A DNA stretch of 64,000 nucleotides. It comes from Paecilomyces variotii (Eukaryota). Numbering within the stretch: position 1 is the first letter of the stretch; the number at the start of each line of letters is the position of its first letter. The notes under the pieces are model-generated. The model saw nothing but the letters and a program-made list of their open reading frames with translations, searched no databases and was not told where the DNA came from. The position numbers were made by a program, and so were the translations under genes. Location: NCBI GenBank assembly GCA_004022145.1, contig RCNU01000010.1; one strand, written 5' to 3'. This document shows positions 25,892-37,101 of this stretch, piece after piece.

Positions 25892-26367
25892 GAATAGGAA
25901 GGCAGAGTCGGCTCGCTCCCCCATCCCTGGGCAGTGTTACATTGAATGCTTGGTCCTATATCTATTGGAATACCCATTACTGCTTTTCTGCGACTTTTTG
26001 CTCTCAAATCCTCAACTTTGAACATCTCCGCCTATACACAGCCTGCTCCTTGAACACCTGTATCCATCAAAAGGAGTCCTGGCTTGCTGAAATTCACGTT
26101 TTATCTGTTCTTACATACTTCTGAATCAGTGTATTTGTCTGGATTTCTTTCCGTGTGCTGCCGTTTGATTTGGTGCTTCTGTGATTCATCCCCCGCTCTC
26201 CGGTTTGGTGCAGTCCAGGTCTTGTCCATCGCCCTGTACATCAGGGACGTGTGTTTTTCCAAGTTTGATTGCACTAGCACCGATTTCTCTGCCATTCGAA
26301 GCCGAATCCCCGTTGTTGAAGCAAGAAAAGCCCTGTTTCAAGTGTTTCGGTTTTGTCTTCCGTGAGA

Positions 26368-27771
26368 ATGGCGCCAACAAGCCACCTCAGCTATCAGAAA
26401 GATGAGAGGGTCTTGTGTTTCCACCACGAGATCCTGTACGAAGCCAAGATTATAGACGTCAGGCACGCAGATCCTGAGGACAGAAAAAGTCCCTACGAAT
26501 ATTTGGTTCATTATAAGGGATGGAAGAACACGTATGTAGCTCCTCTCATTCGGTTCTATCATCCACCAGGCGCTTGAAACCCCGTCATCGACGCATCTTT
26601 GTCATTCCTCTCGAGATTATCCGTTATTTTTTCTGTTTTCTGCGCCATCTATAACTGATGAGCCACTATTGTTTGTTTTTTCTCTCCTTCTACGACTGTG
26701 CTCTAGCTTTGCGGTTGGTTATAAGATGACGGAAGAGTTTTCCTTGGCGTCTGCTATGGAAAGGTTACGCTAACACAGCTACCAGATGGGATGACTGGGT
26801 GCCTCAAGACAGACTCCGAAAATTTACGGAAGATAACAGAGAACTGGCTGCGACTCTAAGGCGTGATGCCGAGTCTGCTTCACGGAAAGCCAACCCTCCA
26901 AAGAGCGCAACCAAGAAGCGAGGTGGTTCCGACCGAAGTTCCGCTCGCGGTAGCGAAGAACGACAGACTCCTGCAAGAGGAACCAAAAGAGGCAGAGAAA
27001 ATGAAATTGAAAAGGTCAGCATAATTATTAAGTTCCTTGCTACGATCTATACGCGATTCTCTTGCTGACGATTTCGAATCAGGAGGAGCATTTTCATTCA
27101 CGGCCTTCCGTCAGGATTGTCATGCCAGACAATCTCAAATCTCTCCTTGTTGATGACTGGGAGAATGTAACCAAGAACCAGCAGGTTGTCGCTTTGCCGG
27201 CTAAATGCTCTGTAAATCAGATCCTCGAGGCATATCTCGAAGAAGAGAGGCCTAAGCGAACTAGCCCGACCGATGTCGATGTTCTCGAAGAAGTTGTTAT
27301 GGGCATCAAAGAGTATTTTGACAAATCGCTCGACAAGATCCTCCTCTACAAGTTCGAACGCGAGCAATACCACGCTCTGCGGAAGAAATGGGAGGCTGGA
27401 GCTGGTGACTATGCCAACAAAGGCCCGCTGGACATATATGGTGCAGAACACCTAACTCGGCTTTTCGGTAAGTTATAGTACTGTGCTCTCGTTCGTGACA
27501 TTCGCCGTATTCTCCTATGCACATATCTTCATGATACTGGATCACTGACAGAACCCCAGCCACTATGCCCGAACTCGTCGCACAAACGAACATGGACCAG
27601 CCATCGACCAATCGACTCCGTGAGGAGCTATCCAAAGTCACTCTCTGGCTTAGCAAAAACTCCGACAAGTTCTTTGCGACGAGATACATGACTGCCAGTA
27701 ACGAATACATCGAGAAGACACGAGGAGTCCAGAATCCCACCCCGGGAACTGCCACATCAAGACTTGTCTGA
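26368..27771 (+). CDS. EAF3: MRG-family chromodomain protein Eaf3/Alp13 (NuA4 and Rpd3S subunit)
   Basis: Exons 26368-26531, 26786-27014, 27083-27467, 27560-27771. Chromo-barrel ERVLCFHHEILYEAKI...YLVHYKGWKNT-WDDWV; MRG domain LKSLLVDDWE...ILLYKFEREQY...IYGAEHLTRLF. Confidence 0.95.
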
Positions 27772-28572
27772 AACGGCAACCCACTAGCACTACGTGCAGA
27801 TACGTTTTATCTGTTTTTATAATAACCCCCTTGACTACTTCTAATATGTCTGCATTCCAGTGTTGGTTAGGAACCAGAAGTTGATTTGAGAAGGACTCCC
27901 TTTTTCTCGGCAAATCTGTCAGAGAGCAAGAATTACCCCTATCTATCTTACTGCAACCTGGGATACATCTGACGGGGCCCTTAGCCACCTTTCCCAAGTC
28001 TGGTATTGACCTCACTTGAGAAAAGTAAGACATGGTATCTCAGGCTTTTCCCAACGCCGTCATTTCATGTCCCTTTTTATGAGTCTTTGTCTCATGAGCC
28101 GTACCGCAAAATTCAAAATTCTATTTTTTTTTCTCTCTCTTATGCTCCTGATCCTGGTTTGTCTCTTTTTTTTTTTTTTTTTTCTCTAGATCTGGGTTAG
28201 TGCGTATACCGGTTTTCTCTCTTATTTTCTACTTTGTTTTGTACTAGCTAGATATAAGCGTGAAGCTACCTACTTTATCCTTCCAATTGTGCTGTTTTCG
28301 CAGAATGTAAACTGGGATATATTTCAGTAAAACACGGAACATTTATATTCTCTTTTCTCTCCGCTACTATTATCGATTCTTGGTCTTTGATATCTTTCCT
28401 TTCGAGATCCAACATATTATCGGAAGATCTACCTAGATTCTACCTATCAAGAGCAATAATGATTGTACACGGAAACTTGCACATTCAGTTTCTCTGCTCT
28501 AAACCGAGTTTGTTTTAAGGTATGGCCCCAATCACCTTCCTATTTGTTGGGAAATGATGCTACTAACTTGAA

Positions 28573-31005
28573 CTAATAAACAACCAATTTCCTCGCATCT
28601 TCAACGGCACATCTCGCTGCGCGCTTTAGCTCCGGTTTATAATCCGCCTCTCGCCACTTCTCCCACGCATCCAAGCCCTCATGAGTTTGAATACTCAACG
28701 TGTCATACCCCTGCTTGATGATCTGATGGACCTGACGCGGACTAAGGTTCCTTTTCCGCACGGTGGCAGGTTCGTCGCCTGAGGTGGCGGGTTTGACGTC
28801 GGCGTTCTTCTCTGGCATGAAGAGGAGGGAGTGGAAGTGTGACGAGACGGAGAGGAGAGTGTCGATGGCGGCGATGTTGGATGGTGCGTCTTTAGTGCTG
28901 GGGAGGTCGGCGGCTGATTTGGTGGCCGTGGACGAGGAGGGGGCATGCAGTTTGTAGACTTCGCCGAATTTGGTGAGGATGGGGCCTGTTTCGACAAGTT
29001 TGTAGAAGAGGTCGTCGTAGGATGCGGGGTCTGGGAGGAATGTGTCGCCGGCGGAGACACTAAAGGCGAGGAGGTTCACGAGGGAGGTGGTGAGAATGTT
29101 GATGTCGGGGCTGCTGGAGAGGTCCGAGGCGTAGGTGGTGAGGAAGCGCATCAGGGAGAGGAGGGTGCGCCATAGTTCTGACCAGTGGTAGGCTAGTCGG
29201 ACTTTGTTTGACGAGAGGTAGGTGAAGAGGCGGAGGAGAATGGCGATGGTGTGGCTGTGGTCGTGTAATCAGCATGTAGGATTGGAGTTGTGATGGATAG
29301 AGGGGGAATTACCTATAGATGTTGATGTCGAGACGACGACGGAGATTGTGTGTGATGGTATCGATCATGATGTCGAAGATGACGGTCGCGAGAATGCGTT
29401 CTCCCTGGACGACGGGGAGATAAGGCTGTCTTTGCCGACACAAGCGCACCGCTCTCTTTCCATCATCACTACATAACCGCTTGGCTAGGACTGGGTCCTC
29501 GACGATGATACGTAGAGTGAAGAGATTGAGCTCTGCATAATGGGAGACCCTTGCAGACCGGTATGCGTGCTGAAGAAGGTACGAGGTCAAGGAGAGGAAG
29601 CTCGAAAATGGCGCTTCCTCGGTTCGTTTCTCAGGGGCGTATGAGACGAAGTCATATCCAAAAAGTTTGTTTGCATTGGTAAAATCATATGTAGCCAGGA
29701 GCAACGCAGCCTCCGGTGCGGGCCTAGGAAAGGATTAGCCTGTGATGATCCATTCGAGTGGGAAAAAAGGGCCATCATACAATGCCGCGAACATCTCTTT
29801 TGCCTCTTCTGGTGTAGGGGGCGAGGCCTTGTCCCTGGCGCCAGGAGCAAGCGCTCGCAGGCCGAAAAAGATCAACGTGCTCGTCAAGGACCAGCCTTCG
29901 GGGACGTCATCTTGGACGGCGACATATCCATTTCTGAGTGCCGCACATGACACTCCGATGCCTTTGACGATCTTCTGGATCGTAGCCTCGTTGACAAAAT
30001 CTACCAGTCGCAGATGGTAAGGGTTTTGGAATTCAAATCTGTTGTAGTTTGCCAGCAACCCTAGAAGCAAGAAAGGCTCGAAGATTTGGATATGGGTATC
30101 TGAGTCATGTATGAACTGCAAGCTGTCAGTACGGATAATATGCGTACGGATAAGGGACCTGATCTGAATCTGACCTTCATAAGAGAAGGGAATAAATCAC
30201 GATGCGTGAAGTAAGTAATGAGGCTTGTCTTGTATGCCCCGCTAGTCATGGAAATAGCTGTCTTGATGGCCTTGAGTCGCAGATCGACTGCATGCGAGAT
30301 GGCGTTAATATCTCACTTCACGTCGAATACAAGCTCAGGTGCTTACAGTTACTGCCGCTTCTGATTGTGGTGTCCAGAACGGCGACGAATTCTGTCATCA
30401 CCTGGTCGACTTGGTCCAGTCCAGCCAACACGGTGATAACATCGGAACTTGGGTTGGTGTACTTTTTGTTCAGAACACTACCCAAGAAAGTAGTTAAAGT
30501 CTGGCCTTGAGTGTCAGTATTTATCCATAAGAGAATCAGGGTACGCATCTGACTGACCTCGAGGGCATGTAGATCATTTGGCGCGGTCCCTGATGCCACT
30601 TCCTGAGTCGCGCGAGCAAACAGCTGCTGCGTTTGCAGCTACTCACATCATCAGCAAGATAGATACACTTGAATATGGAAAAGAAAAATATGTTCTCTTT
30701 GAACAACATATGTTCCAGATGGACGGATAGAATCATACCTGCAAGTTAAGGGTCTCATCGGGACTAAGCTTGTCTAAGATCCCGCGGAGCTGCGACCTAT
30801 CTGGGCCCAGCAAAAAGAATTCCCTCCAAAAGCCCTCTGACGGCTCAGCATATTCCGTAGTCTACATGATATTCATCAGTAAGGAGATGCGGGATCGGTT
30901 CTCATGAGCGAGCTTTCATACATTAAATAGGATCTCATAAAGTTGCACAATCTTAGGTTTGAAAGTTTCGGGTCTACTCTGCTGGGTGAGGGGTGAGGCT
31001 TCCAT
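28573..31005 (-). CDS. Armadillo-like helical protein ARMH3/C10orf76 (DUF1741) homologue
   Basis: Multi-exon gene starting MEASPLTQQSRPETFKPKIVQLYE...FWREFFLL. Internal LLGLLANYNRFEFQNPY and CRQRQPYLP; C-terminal GDTFLPDPASYDDLFYKL and IIKQGYDTLSI. Canonical introns link the ORF fragments. Confidence 0.82.
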
Positions 31006-32792
31006 GACGAGTAAGACTGACGAGGATCGGAGGGCAATGAGCAATCTGACAAGGCTCCGATCTCATGATACCGCGCGTTCGAGGAGTCCAAGGAGATGTC
31101 TAAGATATGCACAGAACACTTATGCCCGGTGGGTTTCTTTTAATCTTAGCTGGCATCTGACGGCTCCAGTAGTTTCAGAACGCCGAACTCGCCAAGGACG
31201 GCACCAGCCACACATTTCGGCTCCCGCCAGCCACAAGAGCTTTGTTGACGCTCGCACGTTCTCTTGCTATCGATTATTATTATCCTGTGATATGAAGATT
31301 TCTTGATGGTCTTTTCCTCTTCTTTGTTTCTTTTTTTTTTCTTTTCTTTTTTTTTTTTTGCTCTCGACTTCCATGTGCACGAATGACTCGGTCTGAGTGT
31401 ATCTGAATTCATTTCTTTACTGAGTGCCCCGATCATTCAAAGGCAAGTCCGCCGACACGAAGCCACACAAAAGACCCAGAGGCCATTTATTACCGTATTT
31501 CCTAACGGTCCCACTTCGTCCCTACGCTCAGGAACCATATTCCAGACTTGTCATGCTGCCAGTGAGAAGTCCCGGCGACTAGATGACACGCAAGCTGCCG
31601 CCCAGGTCGGTAACAGACCTGCCACAGGGAATCAGTTTTGACGCAAGACAACGTGCTTTTGATATGGGACGACGAAGTACTGGATACGGACGATGGTATA
31701 AAAATACATACGGAGTACTTGTAAGGATTTTCGTGAGTTTGTGGAGTGCAATTGTGCACTACCAAATGCAAATCCACAGGAGACCGGGTCAGAATGCCAC
31801 ACACAGCGGGGCAGACTCATGGCTAGAAACCAGCACGACTGTCGGATTACGGCACAGCACAATCAGGGTTCTTGGCACTGACTGGTAGAATATGCAGTAT
31901 GGAAGTACGGAGTACATATGCATCACATCTCAGGCTACTATGAATTGTTGTAACTATACATATGGGGTATGAGGTATGAGGAGTCGCGCATGAGTCTTCC
32001 TTGGCACCAAGGTCGTTGGTTATGAAGCCCTTGGCCATGGTCGCAACCATGTAGAGTATCGAGGGTGAATAGGGCCATGGTTGCTACATACTGGTTTTCT
32101 GCAATATAGTCAAGTTTGGCAGTGCTTGCACAGCAGGGTGCAGAACCGATGAGTAATAATAGACGGGTGACATAGTTATTCTGCAGCATTATGAACTGAG
32201 AACAAGTTGGCTGACACAGAACCCAGGGATGATAACTAGTTAGTTAGTTAAGCTGACCCCTTAATCACCAGAGGACCCTAAGATCCTGAGAGGAGAGCTA
32301 CTCCGTAGTTGATGCCAGTTAATAATAATCACTAATCGTTGTTATTCTTCCGTCCATCCGCCTTTGTTACTATATCTCGATGCTTATTGGCCCACAGATC
32401 CTCAGGCAGAATTGCAGAATGTTCCAAACGCCCGAGTCGTGGGCCAGTTAGACTTGGTCTAAAGTATTTGTATCGATGGGCAAGGGTCCAAGGGATACGA
32501 TACTTAGACCCTGCATCGTGCTACTGTACGGTTTATCAGTATGCAGCGTCGAACATCGATTTCTCCTGTAACTTGTAAGCGAAAAGGAGCGGTGACTCCT
32601 TCAGCCGACAAAGAACACAACGCAGCGACCGAGTCAGATGCACTCGTACGACCCCTGGCGTGACAAAGGACCTTGATGGAGGGAAAACATGGTCTACCAG
32701 TAGAATTGCAGCCTGTATATATATCAGCAGTGATCGCGAACGTCAGATGGAAGTCAGACGAGGGCAAAAGAGGGTGGCGCCACATGCGTAGA

Positions 32793-32812
32793 AACATCTT
32801 CACGCTGATTGG
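32793..32812 (-). promoter_or_regulatory. CCAAT-N12-RWT bipartite CBC/HapX-type site upstream of ISA1
   Basis: Minus strand reads CCAAT-cagcgtgaagat-GTT, about 220 nt upstream of the ISA1 ATG. Confidence 0.55.
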
Positions 32813-33031
32813 CCAGGGGCAGTGTTTCCCGTGACGATTGCGGTCCTCGCCGGGCAAAGCCCCGTGCTTTCTTCTCTCTCCGCGGTTATTTCAAAAGAGT
32901 CCATCTTGACACACAACAGTCCCCTACACTCGCAACACCACTCGACCCCCAGATGAACGACTCGATTTGATGATCCACGAGATATTATCTGCATCTTCAT
33001 CGCCTCATATACACCAATCTTTCTGTTCACC

Positions 33032-33817
33032 ATGTCTCTCTGTCGGGTTGCTCACCCTTCGGTGACATCATCTCAGATGCTCTTCAGATTCATCTCCAAG
33101 CCATCGAACACTGGATGCACTCACTCACTACGGTCCTTCTCTTCATACCAAAATGTCCACCGGACCTCGTCTCGACGGGACATGCAAACAGCGACCGCCT
33201 ACAGACCACACACTCTTGACCAGTTCCCGCCTCCTCGAAACACCGGCTCTGCAGACACCTCTATCTCCGCTGACCTCCCATCCATGAGAGACGCACCCAA
33301 CTATCCCGCTAGCCAGCAGAGCAATGTCAGCATGAGAGAATCTGAGGCGCAGAAACCGAAGCCAACTACGTCTTCCGCTGCCACCCCGTCTACTTCACAG
33401 ACTACGAAGCCCCGGCGGTCAAAACTGCGCCCGAGGAAGGCGGCGATGAAACTGACGCCAACGGCCATCTCCCAGCTCAAGCAGCTCCTCGACCAGCCAG
33501 AGCCCAAGCTCATTAGGGTGGGTGTCAAGAACAGGGGTTGTTCTGGCCTGTCCTACCACCTCGAATTTGTGGAGAAACCGGGACCTTTCGATGAAGTCGT
33601 GGAACAAGACGGCGTGAAGGTTCTGATCGACAGCAAAGCGCTGTTTAGCATCATCGGCAGTGAAATGGACTGGCAGGAGGACAAGCTGAGTCGGAGATTC
33701 GTCTTCCGAAACCCGAATATAAGTAAGCAGCCCCGCTCTTTTGTGGATAGCCCTGAAATCTTTACTAACAGTGCAACAGAGGAACAATGTGGATGCGGCG
33801 AGTCCTTCATGGTCTAA
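33032..33817 (+). CDS. ISA1: Mitochondrial A-type Fe-S cluster assembly protein Isa1
   Basis: Presequence-like N-terminus; IRVGVKNRGCSGLSY, IIGSEMDW, FRNPN, CGCGESF. Intron 33723-33779 (GTAAGC..ACTAAC..CAG). Confidence 0.95.
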   Translation: MSLCRVAHPSVTSSQMLFRFISKPSNTGCTHSLRSFSSYQNVHRTSSRRDMQTATAYRPHTLDQFPPPRNTGSADTSISADLPSMRDAPNYPASQQSNVSMRESEAQKPKPTTSSAATPSTSQTTKPRRSKLRPRKAAMKLTPTAISQLKQLLDQPEPKLIRVGVKNRGCSGLSYHLEFVEKPGPFDEVVEQDGVKVLIDSKALFSIIGSEMDWQEDKLSRRFVFRNPNISKQPRSFVDSPEIFTNSATEEQCGCGESFMV

Positions 33818-34836
33818 AGTGATGTACATACATATAATCATTTCCATGGGTGCATTGGGCGGCGTTTGGAGGAACATTGATTTCGGTCCCACGATTGTTT
33901 TGTGTCGAAAAGCGACATAACCGACTTAAACTACCAGAATATACCCGTCTCCTTTCTTTCCGTTAGTCCGACCAATCTATTCAGCGCTTCCGCCAGACTC
34001 CAGATTGTTAGACCACCGTCGGAAGTCAGCTGGCTGATGGGAACTCTTACCGCTACTATGCTTCGAAGGGAAGCATGCATCTTAACTGTCCCTCTGCTGG
34101 GTCGCAATGGATGATAGTCTTCCGGGAATGCTTCTGTCGAGAGCCCTCGCTTCTCATCCCATTATCCATTGATACATCATCCGACCGCAGCGGACCAATA
34201 GGGTGAAGCAGGAGAGGTACTGCTATGACTGCCGAGGTCACATCGACAGTCTTCCCTTCGTGTGGCAAGGCGTCTGCGCGTTGTGCGGTCGACTAGCCGC
34301 ATTCGCTTTCTGAGGAGGTACACTACTAGATCTGCTACAATGGCCATCATAGGTCAAGACACATTTCCTTGATGTATAGTTTTGTGTATAGACAGCGAAA
34401 CGCTCCGTGATCAGCGGAATCGAGAATGATAGCTAGATACTTCTAATATCACTAAAGCTCTTGATAAAGCATCAAAAGGTTTCAATCCATACTCTCCTCT
34501 GGCGTACTTTCCCTTGAAACCGCATTCTCCAGTCTCAAACTTGGATCTGTCTCTGCCAATAAAGGAGATACTATGTAGTTACTCGTAATTCCTTAAAAGG
34601 TAGTCTCTTTCAAACAGGAGGCGGACGTCACGTGGAGACAACAGCGGAACATCTCCGCATGGACAGCGGCCAGAAGCACGTATACCTATGTCATTTCAGG
34701 TATCCGCGAGCCTCGCCCATTTCAGCCAAACACCACATCATATACATACTGTACATTCATCCACACATATACAAAAGACACTCTCAATTTCAAAGCGCAC
34801 AACCTGCGCAACACACCTCCCCCTCTCAATAAAACC

Positions 34837-35862
34837 ATGACCACAACAACACCCCTTCTCCCACCGGACTACCTGGCAGTCCCACTCACAATCCGCTTCT
34901 CCGCCTCCATCCCCGATATCCTAATCGACGTCCCCTCTCCTGCCACAACCACCGCAGCAGGTCTCAAGCAGCTGATCCGCACTCGCCTCCCGCGCGATCT
35001 TGCAACGCATCGTCTCCGATTAATCTACTCCGGTCGCGCTCTTGAAGATGCCGTGCCCCTAGCTACGTCTCTGCGACTTCCTCCGCAGTATCACCAGCAT
35101 TCTCGAGGGCCGTCTCCGATTGTTTGGGGTGAGGAAGATGAAGAAGAAGAATTCAATGATGAGAATGGTAATGGGCGAGGAAAGGGCAAGATGCCCGTAC
35201 GCGATCCGCCTATGCGAAGACTCTATATCCATTGCTCGGTGGGGGATATTGTTCTGTCAAAGGTTGAATTAGATAAAGAGGCAAAGTTGGCTTCGACGAT
35301 ATCGCAAAGACAAGCCCAGCAGCAGCAACAGCAGGGGAGGGATGGGTCGGAATGGAATGATATTCCTTTATCTACCGCTCAAGAGGATGAAGAGCAGGAG
35401 CAACAGCAGCAGCGAGATGAAGAAGCAACTACTACTCCCGCGCCGCGAGGTTTCGATCGGTTACTTTCAGCGGGGTTCACGCCCGCAGAGGTGTCTGCTT
35501 TACGATCACAGTTCTTGGCTTTGCAGTCCGTGTCGCATACGCCGGATACGATGCCTTCTGGGTCTGAGCTGCGAGAGCTCGAGGACCGCTGGATGGACGA
35601 GGGGACTGGTGCGGTGCCCGCTGGTGGTATAGGCGGAGGAGGAGGAGGGGCGTTTGGCGATGATGATGGTGGGTTTGGGACGGGGTCGAGGGGCGCGCTG
35701 GATGATATGCTTTGGGGTGCGGTGATGGGGTTCTTTTGGCCGGTGGGATGTGCGATGTGGTTGAGGAGAGAGGAGGGGGTGTGGAGTTGGAGGAAAGGGT
35801 TGGCTGTGTTTGTGGGAGTTGTGATCAATGGGGCGTTTGGGGCGATGATGATCATGAATTGA
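34837..35862 (+). CDS. DSC3: DSC E3 ligase complex subunit Dsc3 (DUF2407 ubiquitin-like domain, C-terminal TM helices)
   Basis: LTIRFSASIPD, RLRLIYSGR, YIHCSVGD, RGFDRLLSAGF, LEDRWMD, DDMLWGAVMGFFW and two hydrophobic terminal segments. Confidence 0.87.
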   Translation: MTTTTPLLPPDYLAVPLTIRFSASIPDILIDVPSPATTTAAGLKQLIRTRLPRDLATHRLRLIYSGRALEDAVPLATSLRLPPQYHQHSRGPSPIVWGEEDEEEEFNDENGNGRGKGKMPVRDPPMRRLYIHCSVGDIVLSKVELDKEAKLASTISQRQAQQQQQQGRDGSEWNDIPLSTAQEDEEQEQQQQRDEEATTTPAPRGFDRLLSAGFTPAEVSALRSQFLALQSVSHTPDTMPSGSELRELEDRWMDEGTGAVPAGGIGGGGGGAFGDDDGGFGTGSRGALDDMLWGAVMGFFWPVGCAMWLRREEGVWSWRKGLAVFVGVVINGAFGAMMIMN

Positions 35863-36283
35863 TTGATCGCGCTTCTTGTTGGTGGTCCCTTTGCCCTGTT
35901 GGTGATGGGATAGAGAGGGGGGGTGGCCGGGTTGTATAAGACAGAATATGGGTCTTGCGCTTAAGGACTCAAGGATATAGTGTTGTACTATTATTTATGC
36001 TTGTGACCGTTTGCAGAGTTAGATGATACCCAGGATGTTATATTAGTTGAGAAATATTGATTCATATTTCATAGTGATGCGTTTATCGGAATTAAGGCAT
36101 CAGCATGCCTGATTCATGCCAATTGATAAGGCTTGGTTTGTATCATACAAAACGAAGAACATTCCGTAGCGCTGTTCCAAAGACTCGAATATGAAAAGCT
36201 GCTGCAAGACAAACTGGCCAACGCAATGTAAGAACCGATATACAGAGAACGCCCGTCAACCAAAAAAACGTAAAAGGAAGGAC

Positions 36284-37101
36284 TCAGTGGAACTTGCTGT
36301 AAATGACAGCGAAAATGAGAAGCACGAGAACGGTGATGATTGCGATGGTGATTATCCGATTCGTAGCCATCCTGTCGCAGCGGTGTTAGCGTTATGGCCA
36401 CAGCGATATTCAAGACGGTTGGTTTATGAAGGGTACAAACCTACGGGCCATGCCCTTGAGCGTCTTTATGCTCGTGTCTACATAGCCTTCACTCTGCAGC
36501 AATCCCGCTCTGGCATGTTCGATCGTCTCGCGCTGCTGATGGAGATCCGCAAGCGTGTTTCTTCCGATGTCCTCCGTCTCCAGAGCGATCCGTTGGCTGT
36601 CCCGTAGCCGGCCAGAGCTGCGCTCCAGGCGCTCCGTACCGGATAAGAGTTGCTGTCTCTGTTCCAAATGCCGATCCTGCACGTCTGGTTCGTCCGTGTA
36701 GCGGTCTCCGAACAAGGCCTTGCGGTCATCGGAAAGAGACTTGAGGCGGCGCTTCAAGTTATCGATATCTGTGGAGTAGTTGCGAAAGCGAACGTTGACT
36801 TTGGATCTGGCTGCAGAAGGGATGTTCTGCTTCTCCATGCGCATTTGGTCGAGCTATGGCACTCGTTAGTCGGAACGTTAAGAGATCTCACTGATGAGGC
36901 GACGCCTAAAGGATAACGAACCAGTTCATTGGCCTCGTCCAGAACACGCTCAGCTTGTTTGATAGCTGCCTTCCTTTCCTCCCCGCTTGCCTCCGCGATC
37001 TGATCGAGCTTCTGGTTCAGATCAGCCTGCACCAGTTTGAGCTCCGCCTCATAGCTGCTGAACATCTCAGAGCCAGCATCTGTATCTAGAGGATTCGCCA
37101 T
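36284..37101 (-). CDS. VTI1: Qb-SNARE Vti1
   Basis: Exons 37101-36922, 36853-36441, 36371-36284. Habc domain, SNARE motif (SQRIALETEDIGRNTLADLHQQRETI...TLKGMARR) and C-terminal TM anchor. Confidence 0.94.

Noticed and set aside
31583..31888. 101-aa ATG ORF in the ARMH3-ISA1 spacer, and similar short intergenic ORFs (14116-14463, 21329-21664, 22839-23144)
   Set aside because: No recognisable motifs or supporting splice structure; lengths are expected by chance.
36891..36915. CTGATGA-GGC-GAC-GCC in the VTI1 intron (antisense), resembling a hammerhead ribozyme core
   Set aside because: Followed by TAAA rather than the required GAAA, and stems I and III cannot be formed.
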